Positions 13,715-26,969 of a stretch of DNA of 64,000 nt are shown piece by piece. The translations under genes and the position numbers were made by a program. Each line of letters begins with the position of its first letter. Position 1 is the first letter of the stretch. The notes under the pieces were generated by a model. It was not told the DNA's origin. It saw only the letters and a list, made by a program, of their open reading frames with translations, and did not search any database. This DNA is from Eledone cirrhosa (lineage: Eukaryota): the NCBI GenBank assembly GCA_964016885.1, contig OZ024740.1:352594001-352658000 (forward strand). Direction: 5' to 3'.

Positions 13715-13923
13715 CTACAACGAGTTGGCAGTAGAGTTCAAAGCATATTTACAGATATCATCATGGGGTTGGTATTTAAGATATTCATACACCATAGCAG
13801 TTGATGATACGCAGAAAACTATGAATCCTAAAATCAAGAACAAAACACTTGATACAATAGTCATTCGCCTTTTCCAAGTATTTTTATTATCCACAAGTTG
13901 GGCAATTTTGAAGAAACACATAC
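13715..13923 (-). CDS. SLC38A7/8-like exon 9, terminal (GMCFFKIAQ...NSTANSL*)
   Basis: ttcag| acceptor in phase 1, final TM, TAG stop; spliced CDS totals 1395 nt = 464 aa plus stop. Confidence 0.85.
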
Positions 13924-14161
13924 CTGAAAGCAAACCAGAAAAAATATTTTACTTTAGATCTTAGTACGTAAATCAAAGAACCCCCCCTCACTCTCTCTCT
14001 CACTCCCCACCCCTCTCTCTCCATATATATATATATTTCTCATTCTTTCTTCTGATGAAGGACTACGGTCCAAAATATTAAGACCTCTTCCTGCTATTTC
14101 AAGCGTTAAACTAATATATTCTTTCCCTATACTGTACCGTTTGTGTTGTTATTTCTGTTTA

Positions 14162-14274
<113 letters not shown>

Positions 14275-14278
14275 TACA

Positions 14279-14319
<41 letters not shown>

Positions 14320-14339
14320 CTCTCTCTCTCTCTTTCTGG

Positions 14340-14710
14340 GCCATAGGCCGTTGACGACCCTCCGCCACTGTACACAATCATGGGTTGCTCTCGCCACTAA
14401 CTCCAGTTGGCTTCTAGCTTTCTTAATTCAGCCTCAGAACACGCCTCCAGCTGCCGCAGGGTCGGCCTGTCTTCCTCTCATCCTGAGGGATCCAGGTCAG
14501 GGCTTGGCGTGTGGATGTTGGATTCTTGAGAGTATGTCCAATCCATCTCCATTTCCTCCTCAGTATCTTTGCCACTTGTTCTCGAACTGCTCAGGTCCAC
14601 CGGATGAGGGTGATAATCTTTCCAGGCAGTACGTATTGCATCAGCATCTCCCACAGTGTCGTACTGTCCACACTGTCGAACGCTTTCTCGTAGTCTACAT
14701 CAACTTCATA
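14340..14710 (-). mobile_element. RTE LINE fragment
   Basis: YEVDVDYEKAFDSVDSTTLW motif; RTE-like 3' end. Confidence 0.65.
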
Positions 14711-14784
14711 GACTAAGCGTAAAATTAATAATATATTTCTTCATTGTACTGTGTCGTTTGCTTTGTTATTTCTGTTTGCCTTTT

Positions 14785-14874
<90 letters not shown>

Positions 14875-14877
<3 letters not shown>

Positions 14878-15981
14878 ATAAGTTGACGGAATTAGCATGG
14901 GTTTCACTGCTAGTACCGGTTGCATCTCAGCGTACTCCATAGGTAATGTTAAGTAAACTCTCAGAGTATACACAAAGTTATTCGCCTCAATACAACGCAC
15001 GTAAATTGGTACCTTCAATCTTTACCCGTACTCGAGTTTCGGCCACACTTAATGCAGCAATAGAGTGTACAACATCTACTGCCTGCATTTATTATGCAAC
15101 AATGCACAATCGGCACATGTGGCTTCATCAACGGGTTTCGACTAATCAATAACCAATCGATGGACAGAATTCGATTCCAGTCCATGTCGGCTATGACTGT
15201 AGGTGACGGCCAGTTTAGTAAAACATTAGCAACTGAAATCCCTACGCGTCATCACAATGCCGTCCACCGATTGGCTACGGATTCAGAAATTAACGTAACG
15301 GCAGGAGACGAAATTCAAATAGTTCCGCTCCCCCCCATAAGCACTTAGCCAACGTATCTCAAAAAAATTAACAAGCGAGTGAAAAGTCGGTTATTAGAAA
15401 ATTCAGTCTCCAATCGCTGTACATTAGAATGTTAGTATTTGGCTCCAGTTTCCAAGTCCCATGGCGAGAAATAGTGCGATAGTAACAATGGTAGTGCCTA
15501 AAATCTTTTCGGACATTAAATGCCAACAGGTGATTAGACAGCGATATAGAATTAGCGCGCTGGTTAGAGTTCGAATTCTACATATTTCGACCAACCACGT
15601 GCGTAAACTGGTCACTTTCACAACTTGTACAATTCAATATGTGAGTGAGAGAGAAATATATAATAGGTATTAGAGCGTATATTAAACAAAAGACAATTAA
15701 AAATGTGAAAAATTGTTCAACTTACTCTCATTGTTAATCTGCTAGTTGGAAGAAAATAATAATAAGCTGTCGGAACTAGCATAGGTATCACTGCTAGTAC
15801 GTGCGTTGTATTACTGGGAGATTACTTAACATTTCCTATTGAGTGCGCTGAGATGCAACCGGTACTAGCAGTGATACCTATGCTAGTTCCGACAGCTTAT
15901 TATTATTTTCTTCCAACTAGCAGATTAACAATGAGAGTAAGTTGAACAATTTTTCTCATTTTTAATTGTCTTTTGTTTAAT
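14875..15981. repeat. Non-coding element with nested inverted repeats
   Basis: 120-bp arms 15681..15800 / 15862..15981; 14875..15000 is a diverged inverted copy of 15801..15905. Confidence 0.75.
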
Positions 15982-16190
15982 AAAAAGACAACCTTAACGG
16001 TAGGAGCTTCCTGGATAGTCTATCCAGGAAGCTCCAACCGTTAAGGTTGTCTTTTTTTTCCGGGTATGTCAATATTTATTTATAAAACAAATCTGTATTT
16101 TATCTGATGAAAGCGCACCATAATTTTCCTTGGTTGCCCTTGAAATATATATAATAAAATAAATATGGTTTTATAAATATAGTTTCCATA
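15982..16190 (+). mobile_element. Penelope-like pLTR with 5' palindrome and hammerhead (16096..16161)
   Basis: Palindrome aaaagacaacctt...aaggttgtctttt; reverse-complement homologue at about 6836..7012; CTGATGA...GAAAT-atat-ATA. Confidence 0.75.
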
Positions 16191-16244
16191 TATTGTGTAT
16201 TTACTCCACTAAACAGTTGAGTGCTTTATATCAGTTATAACCTC

Positions 16245-16304
<60 letters not shown>

Positions 16305-16499
16305 AAGGAGTCGGGACTCCATAGGCCGAGCACCTGCCGTTTCAACAGCTAGTTCCGAACTAGCTGTTGAAACGTCAGGAGCTCAGCCGTCGGGGTTCCA
16401 TCTCCTTCATATTACCACACTCTACTACCCCAAGTATCGAGTACTCTGGTGAGTAAAGGTGTAACAGGTTTTTACTGCATCCATTCTGATTTATATGAG

Positions 16500-17710
16500 A
16501 TAACAAACAGCATTTCTCTGTAGAAACATCGTGCTATGAAGAATAATAAGCTAAGAGAAAATAAACAAGTTATACCCAAAGTAGAAGTTTTTGAAATGCG
16601 GTGCTATGGTTCATACTAAGGATATCAGTAAGAGACAAGAATAGAAATAACTTTACAAGAAAAGCTTTGCACAAGACATACACAATTACTGAAGTAATAT
16701 GATAGAATAGACGGAAATGATTCGGCTATGTGACGAGAAGGCTACCCCTCCATAATAATCATAACTTGGCAATCGAAGATTATAAAGGGGTTGGTGCACG
16801 TTGTGTGCAGGCATACTATTGGCTGATCAGGCCAATGCGAGGCAGGTAAGCAAGGCCGCAGCGGCTGCAACTGAACGTCCGGTCAGGGTTTCATGACTTG
16901 GTGTTGGTGTCCCCTTGTGCCTATTGTCCTCAAGGGTGGCCCAGCGGGTGTTTTTGAAGGAGGACACAGCGTGGTTGATGGTGAGACGGCAGGCGTCACG
17001 GTTCTCAGCTAAGGTGAATCACTGGGGATGGCCGATGGGACAGGCACTAATGGATTTTTTCAAACAGTCCTTGTATCGCTTCCTTGGTGCCCCCCTCTCG
17101 TGATGGCCAGTGAAGAGTTTGCCGTACAGCGTGACCTGGACAGGCGATGATCTTTCATCCTGTAGACGTGCCCTACTCAGCGTAGTTGCGACTTCTGCTT
17201 CATGGCCTCAATGCTGGTGATTTCCACCCGTTCAAGAACTGCTGGAAGCAATCGAGGAGTCGAAGGTGGTAGCGATAAGTGACTCTGGACCATATGGAAG
17301 GATGGTAATAACTATTGCTCTGTACACTGATCCTGGCACTCTTCTTCAGGGTTTTATTGTTCCACACGCGTTTGTACAGTTTTTAGGCAGACTACCAGTC
17401 GAAAGAGCTAGGAAACCTCTGCGAAGCAGGAAGTGATGTGTGCAATGGTCTTTCTGTGTGGGCAACAAGAGCAGCGTCGTTGGCAAAAAGGAGGTCTCGG
17501 ATCAGTTGCTCCAGGGTCTACATGTGGGCCTGGAATCGACGAAGATTAAACAAGTTGCCATCACGAGGGTATCTGATGTAGACTCCGTCATCATTATCAA
17601 TATTTCTTGTCGCCTGCTTGACCATCATGCCGAATAAGATGGTGAAGGGAGTCGGTGCCAGGACGTAACCCTGCTTCATACCGTTAAAGTTGGGAAGAGA
17701 TCAGAGAGGC
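16500..17710 (-). mobile_element. RTE (BovB-like) RT fragments; small plus-strand RTE relic at about 16500..16790
   Basis: GMKQGYVLAP.PF, GNLFNLRR, LLFANDAALVAH motifs; stops and deletions. Confidence 0.8.
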
Positions 17711-17949
17711 TGGGTCAGACTTTTTCTCTTTGACTTCTATTATCTCAGCCAGAAAGTCATGCAGACACACGAACAGAAATTTACATTTATTATAGATAAT
17801 ATATTATGTAGACTGAATGAAAAAATCCATGTATGCACATACACATATATATGATTATAAAACGAAATATTAATGAATATTTGTAAATGTTGTCAAGATA
17901 TTTGAGATAATCCTAAATATGAAATAAATTATCGAGAAATCAAGACTAC

Positions 17950-18149
17950 CTGGGAGAATGAATATATTTGTAACAGTCAGCGGTACAAAAAGTATGATAG
18001 CCAATCCAACATTTGAAAATAATATAGAAATCGTAACAATTGCAGCCATCCATATTAATATAATTGTGTTATTCTGAATATTTTCTCTTGTTTTTTCTTC
18101 TTCTTCAGGAAATTTCCAGTACATACACCATAAACTCCGGACAGCTTCC
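17950..18149 (-). CDS. SLC38A7/8-like exon 8 (EAVRSLWCMYWKFPEE...TNIFILPG)
   Basis: ttttcag|...|gtagtc (weaker donor), phase 2 to 1; IF..PG motif. Confidence 0.85.
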
Positions 18150-20026
18150 CTGAAAAATAGATTTCTAAAATGTTATAAGACTTTATTGATTTATAAGATT
18201 AGAAAGTGTCTCTTTTACCGAACATTAATACTGATATTACAGGAATGTTTAATAGACTTAAGATTTTATCAACCTAAATCCCTGAAATACTAGAAACTGT
18301 TATAAAACACATTTGCTTATTTTATCGGTATACGAAATTTAAATTGGGATTATTATCGATTCAATCTGATAAAGTTACTGATAATTACATAACTGCGTGA
18401 CTTCTCCTTAAACCTATTGTAATGCCTTGAAAATATCAGCCAAATTTTATTTTCAGACCAATTAAATCTGACTAATTAGCTAGTTCATTGACCAGAAGGC
18501 AATATTGAAAATTAATATGTTATACATAAGTAAACAATTGAATATGGAATTTGAAAACAAATGAATTAAATGTTTTAATATAATTGTCACGAAACTCTAA
18601 TTGTTGTACAGGTGCAACAAGAGTGAAATCTTATTAAATATATTGCACTATAAAAATACATTTCAAATGCATATGAACGTTTCTGATTAGACAGAAATAA
18701 ATCTATACCATCAGGAACACCTCACCTACATCAAATGCATGTTCAAAGATGTTCCATTCATGATACCCTCTCTTTTATTTCAGACATCTAGGCCTTCATT
18801 ATTCAATGTTTTCTTTCCACTTTTAAGAAGGTAGAGTGTGATTTGAAAGAGATTTGATGCTATTTCTAGCAGTTCGTTTGGTGGTTGTTATTTAGCCTTT
18901 AGCCCCACTTTAACATACCTGTGATTAAAGGTATTTCAATCATGATCCTTTTGTCTTTTATTCAGGCTTAAGTATATCTACATTATCTTATGTGCCCTTA
19001 AAGATAGTAAAGTTTTTTCGAGTGAGATTTGGCTTCTATTTCTAGCAGATTGAATGAACACAGAATTGGTGCTATATGTTCTCATTAATTAAAATATAAT
19101 TGTTTTTACTTTTGGCACAAGGCCAGCAATTTCAAAGGTCGGGGAAGTCAATTAAATCAAGTCCCAGTGCTCTATTGGTGTTTTATTTTATCGACCCCAT
19201 AATAATGAAAGACAAAGCTAACCTCGGCAGGATTTGAGCTCAGTAAAATTAACCTACTATTATTATTTAAAATATATTGATAGTTCTAAGGGAAGACTTA
19301 TTTTATTCATTGTTTTTCTTTGGATCTCTCAAATACTGTATCAAATATTACATCCTCAATTGTCTCTTTCATTTTTAAGAAGATAGCGTGTGACTGTAGG
19401 GAGTCGCTTACTTGTTTGTGTCTGCCCATCAAATCTGATGATAACATTCTTCGTCATTTCTGGAACTTTCGATGACAGTACACCCCAATCTTTGTTTTAC
19501 AGCTTCAGCATAACTATGCAGACATACTCTTTTTCTCACTTCTTCCGGTTGGACTTTTCATTCATATCTGTGATCCATCTCCAACAGTAAGGCAGTGAGT
19601 GATGGGAAGCAACGTCTTCCACTTATGAAGAGCTGATGTTGCTCCTATTTAAAGTAGTTTCAGTTCATATTATTACAGATTTATTTGTCCTCTAATCAGA
19701 CAGAGACAATGGCGTAGCTTGTCATAGAGGGCTTTACAAAGGCGATGTGAGTCAGATATGCGTTCAACAAATTGGAGTCATCTTAGTTGATATCTGTGTA
19801 ACATAGATTCAATACTGCTGGTGATGGGTGGATGGCGTATCTCTATGTGCAATCTTGCCAAATGACTGAAGGCTCTTCTGGACAAACTGAATTATAATGC
19901 TCTTCAAGGCCTGAATATACCGGTTGTATTTGGCCCATGTCTTCTACACATACAGGTTAATAGAAGCACAAACTGTACACTGATATAAACATATGCGCAA
20001 AACCTTCACACACATAATTACCATTA

Positions 20027-20680
<654 letters not shown>

Positions 20681-20806
20681 GAAGGGTAACCTGGAAAGCA
20701 GGGCATGCAGTCCAATCGCCATGGCGGAAAGTGGGGCTGTCAGCCTTACCCCCCCCCCCCCTTCCCTCTAAATGACCCTCCCGGTCAAAGCCGCGTGTAG
20801 TGTTAT

Positions 20807-20840
<34 letters not shown>

Positions 20841-21307
20841 CTTTTTATGTGTCTACTATTTAGTAAGCAGCCAAAATACTGCTTGCTTCAACCGACGCAA
20901 TTGATTAACTCAAGATTCTATAACGCATGCACTGCATACACGGACCCTTCGCCCCTGATATATATATATATTATATATATATATATATATATAAGTGGTA
21001 TTGGTAGTTCTAAAGTTCTAATTTTAGTGGTTATATGATTGATCATTGTGGTTCAAGTGTTTTGTTTGTTGAAGTTGATGATACCTCGATCAATGTTATG
21101 TAGCACGTTGTAGTTGTTGATTTGTGTGGCTGAATAAAAATCAGGACGAATTGATACAGACCAACAATGAAAACCAAACTTCTAATTTTGCTATTTTTAT
21201 TGGTAACATGGTGAACGACGACACCATGTAGTAAAATATAAAACAACCAGAATACGCAAAAAGTGTGTAGTTAGTTACTATGGTGATATATATCTGTCTT
21301 TCACATA

Positions 21308-21381
<74 letters not shown>

Positions 21382-21409
21382 GCGTGTACAATTATATAAA
21401 TTCCCTAAA

Positions 21410-22030
21410 ACAATTACGAATCTCCACGTTTGATGATCTCATTCGTACAATGATACGAATCTCCACGTTTCGTCAGCATATTCAAACACGACAACTCATC
21501 GTTTCACTATATTATGGTGGATTGACTTCCCTTGTACCTCTTTTCATAGACGTGTCCTGGGATGAGTGAAGGTAATTAAGTGACCTAAAACGTAGGGGCT
21601 AAGGAGTTACAAAATGCCTGGATAAAATAAGGGAGAGAACTGTAATATAAATTAGTAAAAGGAGTAAACTTAGGTTTGTAGAATTTAAGACACGGATAAC
21701 GTGAAGAGTTTTATGGTAAATGGCGTATCTAGTAAGGAATTAAAGCATTCATGAAAGAGGGTGTCCAATAGTAACAGTCAGGCCTCGACCAATTCTCCAA
21801 AATGAAATTAGTTTCATATGGTCGGTGGTAGAAGAAATCAAAACGAGTATTGAAACATCTCTATAGGTTGAAAGAGATAGGTTTCTGAAGAAATGCACCC
21901 CCACCCCTCCTAGAACTCTTATAAATTACTATGGAAGTCACTCCATCATAATATGGCAAACTGAAGAGTTGGCGTATCTCAATATGCTGACGAAACGCGC
22001 GTATTCGTATCATGTAACTGTTTTAATGAA
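21410..22030. mobile_element. Degenerate Penelope-like relic bounded by inverted hammerhead-bearing repeats
   Basis: Plus copy CTGAAGA-gttggcgtat ctca atatgctgac-GAAAC-gcgc-GTA (21961..22003, weak stem I); decayed minus copy at about 21452..21505. Confidence 0.6.
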
Positions 22031-22040
22031 TTCCTTTAAT

Positions 22041-22074
<34 letters not shown>

Positions 22075-22075
<1 letters not shown>

Positions 22076-22930
22076 GGTTTCTGAATTTGTTTAGCAAGAT
22101 TCTCTATCTGAAAACGTGTGTTGAAACCGATATTGTTATACTTTGGGAGGGTCATGTTGCCAATAAGAAACACACGCACCAGTTGCTTTCACTCCAATTT
22201 ATTATAATACATTTATAAATTTAGGAATTTATAAATTTCTGGTTGGTTGGTTCCACAACCAGTTAGTTGTTTATATATTGTCAAAGTTCTTTCGTCACAC
22301 ATTCTGTGACCTCTTCAGTGACTGGGGATTCTTTTCTTTGTTTTTGTGCCTCTCCTTTGTTCTGTCCTACGCCATCTTGTTTTTGTGTGTGTTGTGTGCT
22401 TAGTTTGCGCATGTGTTACATCCGTGTGTTTGTGTGTGTTTTTATTTGTTTATTTATTTGTTTATTTACGTATTATTGGTTGGTTGTTTGTTCTATGTGT
22501 GTGTGTTTTCATTTTGTCCTTAATTGTAAGTTGTGATGTTGGTATTCCATTCATGTTTTCTATTTAATTTTGGTTGTAGTTCATTTATGTTTATTGCCTC
22601 TGTGATTTGTCTAAACATTGCGTCTTTTCTGTGTGTAGATTTTATTTTTATTTCTATGTTCTCTAATTTGCCCTTATGTTCTATTTTAGCATGTTGGTGG
22701 AGTACTGATGACTCTTTTCTATCTTGAAGCTCTCGCCAGTGTTCATTTAATCGTTCTCCTATACTACGAGCTGTCTCACCTATGTACACTACATTTTTAT
22801 CTTTACATTGTTCTTCAGTACATCTTATGCTATATACTATGTTTCTAGTTTTACAGTTAATATGGGTCTTAGTTTACAGATTATGTATTTCTTATCTATA
22901 CAGGGAGGTCTTTGAAAAGGGTATGTATTA
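22075..22930 (-). mobile_element. Penelope-like element 3' part: GIY-YIG endonuclease followed by a pLTR with hammerhead-like motif (22280..22322)
   Basis: CKTRNIVYSIRC...VYIGETARSIGERLNEH...EAININELQPKLNRK. Confidence 0.88.
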
Positions 22931-23099
22931 AAGGGTAGTAATACATAAGTATAACAATATATATATATATATATATCATGGGAGTTTATAGTTCAGAGAT
23001 GTAAGGAAAAGTTGGAGTACAGGCCCGATTCTGGAATCAAAGGCTCGTCGAGCTCAATAAACGTAATGAAGATCTAACACTTCCTCCTTTTTATTATTA

Positions 23100-23288
23100 G
23101 TAGGTGGATTGGCAGTATCGGTAGAGGGTCGGACGCCATGCTTTCCAGCATAGTTACGTCCCTTTACGATCTGAGTTCAAATCCCGCCGAGGTTGACTTT
23201 GCCTTTCATCCTTACGGGGTCGATAAAATAAAGTACCAGTAATGTACTGTAAATTGCTGGCCTTGTGCCTAAAGTAGAAACAATTATT
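23100..23288 (+). mobile_element. tRNA-derived SINE
   Basis: Same family as 11085..11520; near-identical to 43228..43420. Confidence 0.85.
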
Positions 23289-23328
23289 AGTCGTATATAT
23301 TTTCATATACACCCCTATGGTTATATAT

Positions 23329-23433
<105 letters not shown>

Positions 23434-23462
23434 TATATATCTATTTAGATTATAATCTCCAT

Positions 23463-23552
23463 TGCGTCTGATGAGGAAATCGATTCTAGAATCAAGGTGA
23501 CTACAATCAATTAAAGTCCTGAGCTGGTCATTTTGAAAACATATGTTACGTG
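23463..23552 (+). ncRNA. Degenerate hammerhead motif with long stem II
   Basis: tgcgt-CTGATGA...gaaaac-atat-GTT-acgtg. Confidence 0.5.
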
Positions 23553-23681
23553 TGATTACGAATTCCATATATTGAACTGAAACTTCGGTTACACTTTCCT
23601 GATATTATATAGGAACCAAATATAACTGTGTAGTTTTGCATTCCTGTGTTTCTTTTGTTTCCTTTATTCTCTCTCTCTCTC

Positions 23682-23737
<56 letters not shown>

Positions 23738-24000
23738 TCTCTCTCACTCTCTCTCTCTCTCTCTCTATGTATGTATATGTGTGTGTGTGTGTGTGTACGT
23801 GTGTGCGCGCGCGCTTGCGCGTGTGTGTGTAAGGACAATCAATATTTTATAGTAGGAGGTCGACAAAATAAAGTACCAGTTATGCACTGGGGTCGATACA
23901 ATCAATTTTCCCTTTCCAACAAATTCCTGGCGTTGTACAAATGCTAGAAAGTATTATTTACCCAATGACTTACCCTACGGCTTCATCAGGAGTTACGGGT

Positions 24001-25930
24001 CCATACATACATACATACATACATACATACATACATACATACATACATACATACATACATGGTGGCTGCCAACTCGTTTTCGAGTACGGCCACTACTTTA
24101 TATCCATGTAGGAGAACCCTACCGATGCGCTGAACGAGTGTGACTTTTTAGTCCAGCCAGCGACTTGAAAACTCTGGTACAAACACTACACTTGTGACAA
24201 TTATTGACATATAGTGCTGGGCCCATAGTACCATGTGATGACAAGTGCAGAGAGATCTCCAGATATAAAGCAATGCCTGTGCCGTGAAGCTTTTATAGTG
24301 GGCAAAGGCACTGCACAAAGCCAGTCCCACTCTCTTAACCAAGATGATATTTACCAAAAAGAAGAACAAGTCAACATCATTGGATACCATCAGGGTTGCA
24401 GGTGTTATATCAGAGTTTTCCTTCTCCTATAATTCTGCCTTGACAAAGGCTAAGGGGTCATCTCTCCCGGTGATTTTGGATGGCCATTGACTCTTAAGAG
24501 CTCCTTTGCCCTTTGACAGGTTTTGTTTTTAGTCCTGCAGGATGTCCAAAGTCACCCTCCTCACCAAGAAACCTTGGTGGGGTTGCCAGTTTAGTCGCCA
24601 ACGACCCGACCATGAGACAGGTTGTACTGGGATACATGTTACCAGTAGCACCAACTGGTGACCTGACATACATACATACATACATACATACATACATACA
24701 TACATACATACATACATACATACATACATACATACATACATACATACATGGTGGCTGTCAATTCGTATTCGAGTACGGCCACTACTTTATATCCATGTAG
24801 GAGAACCCCTACCGATGCGCTGAACGAGTGTGACTTTTTAGTCCAGCCAGCGACTTGAATACTCTGGTACAAACACTACACTTGTGACAATTATTGACAC
24901 ATAGTGCTGGGCCCATGGTACCATGTGACGACAAGTGCAGAGAGATCTCCAGATTCAAAGCAATGCCTGTGCCGTGAAGCTTTTATAGTGAGCAAAGGCA
25001 CTGCACAAAGCCAGTCCCACTCTCTTAACCAAGATGATATTTACCAAAAAGAAGAACAAGTCAACATCATTGGATACCATCAGGGTTGCAGGTGTTATAT
25101 CATACATACATACATACATACATACATACATACATACATACATACATACATACATACATACATACAGAATGTCATCTCGCTACTACCTCCCCATGAGACA
25201 CGATGGGATAGCTAGAACCATCTGGAACGCTCTTCGGAAAACAAAATTAACAACAAACGAGGAAGAATATATTGAGACAGATGGCACTAAGGAATACTGG
25301 TGGGATCCTGAAAATAAAAACTGCCGCCAAATTAAAGCACAACCGGCCTGATATTGTTGTTTGGGACCACACATTGAAAACGTGTTCTGTTGTGGAGATC
25401 AGCTGCCCACTTGATGTAAACGTTGTCAGAAAAATACAGGAGAAGGAGGACATCTACGGACCATTAATGAGGAGTTTACAAATCCAGTATCCAAGATACA
25501 CCTTTAGCTTCATACCCATCATTGTTGGAGCTACGGGTTATATACCAACCCGCTTGGACCAAAGTATGACTGAACTTGGATTTGCGGACAAAAAGCGCAG
25601 CTCCCTAATTCATAGTCTACAAATGGCTGCGATAGCTGGCACCTTCAAAATTTGCAAAACATTCTTGCGATTCAAGGGATAACAATTTCTTTTCTTTTAC
25701 AACCTTGCCACCAGGAAGGTGGCCGGTTAAAAAAATATACTCAAAATTAAGAGAAAGAGATAACATACATACATACATGGTGGTGGCTGCCAACTCGTTT
25801 TCGAGTACGGCCACTACTTTATATCCATGTAGGAGAACCCCTACCGATGCGCTAAACGAGTGTGACTTTTTAGTCCAGCCGACTTGAAAACTCTGGTACA
25901 AACACTACACTTGTGACAATTATTGACATA
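24001..25930 (-). mobile_element. Cluster of non-autonomous RTE-like short elements with (TGTA)n tails: 24001..24667 apparently full length, 24668..25101 and about 25764..25930 5'-truncated
   Basis: Three near-identical 3' ends; RTE-type ggagaaggaaaactctg motif; related head relic at about 63640..63785 (+). Confidence 0.7.
25166..25763 (+). mobile_element. 5'-truncated copy of the R4/Dong-like element (REL endonuclease and 3' UTR)
   Basis: Near-identical to 38206..38800; RHD, NRPD, VEISCP, KEDIY motifs. Confidence 0.9.
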
Positions 25931-26254
25931 CATACTTACATACATACATACATACATACTTACATACATACATTCAACTCAAAACATCCACATCCACACA
26001 TATAAAAACATCCATACCTGCACACACATGCATGCATACAGACATGCATACATATCTACCTAGTTGATGTTGTGTTAATTCCAATAAGAGAGCCTTGTAT
26101 CTATGTTGGAAACCGGCTCTCTCTCTATTGGCAAAAATTTGTGAAATTATAAAACAAGAAGAATATATACATATATACAGTTTGGATGACTAATGTGCTA
26201 TGCATTAGATAATTCAACACTATTATGTGTTTATATATATATATATATATATAC

Positions 26255-26517
26255 CTTCCAGAAAACTCTACAGTTGGGATGCTGGCCATTGCTTTGACAG
26301 AAGTTGTAACAATTGCAATCAATATTGATGTGTCTGGATCTCTGTATGAAAGAAAGATGTCACTTTTAACTTGGGGTCCGAAAGTTAATTTACCACATAT
26401 TGCCAGCGCCATATAACCAACTGTTATAAGAGTGAAACAAGTGAATACAGCCTTTGAATATTCAGTTAATGTTCGACGTTTCATACAGGAGTAGATTGGA
26501 ATTGAACGTGTATGGCA
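26255..26517 (-). CDS. SLC38A7/8-like exon 7 (CHTRSIPIYSCMKRR...GKLTFGPQVKSDIFLSY...EFSGR)
   Basis: ttctttag|...|gtatat, phase 0 to 2; G.LTFG..V..D...SY motif of Aa_trans. Confidence 0.92.
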
Positions 26518-26969
26518 CTAAAGAAAGAAATACGATTTAACAATTATTTACATTTGCTTTGAACATAAATATCAATGTTTGAGAATAGGATCGCTGGACA
26601 TATTTTACAGGTAAAACTACGACCCCCCTGGAAAGAAGAAGAAGAAGAAGAAGAAGAAGAAGAAAAAGAAGAAGAAGAAGAAGAAGAAGGAGAAGAAGAA
26701 GAATTGTTTCTACTTTTGGCAAAAGGCCAGCAATTATCTCAGTGCATTACTGGTGCTTTATTTTATCGATCCCGTAAAGATGAAAGACAAAGTTAACCTC
26801 GGCGAGATTTGAACTCAGAACCTAAAGGGCCGTAACTCTATGCTGCAAAGCATGGTTTGACGCTCTACCGATACCGCTAATCCACCGCCCTAAATATAAT
26901 AATAATAATATTAACAATTGAACACAATAAATAATATTTGAGAAATTCGGATAAAGTACCACCGGAGAA

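Noticed and set aside
14048-14083. CTGATGA-aggac tacg gtcc-AAAA motif
   Set aside because: Catalytic G12 is absent; counted only as a relic
23100-23190. tRNA-like A/B boxes
   Set aside because: SINE heads that continue into the SINE body; no complete cloverleaf
23960-24000. CTGATGA on the minus strand (also 10753 on the plus strand)
   Set aside because: No downstream GAAA or stem III; truncated or chance match
24575-24667. Possible HDV-like ribozyme at the 5' end of the RTE-like element
   Set aside because: P2, P4 and a CUAA linker can be drawn, but P1 and P3/L3 do not pair and the related copy at about 63640 does not preserve the fold
24001-25930. Repeat/spacer pattern resembling a CRISPR array
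   Set aside because: The repeats are microsatellite tails and the intervening segments are copies of each other; eukaryotic context with no cas genes
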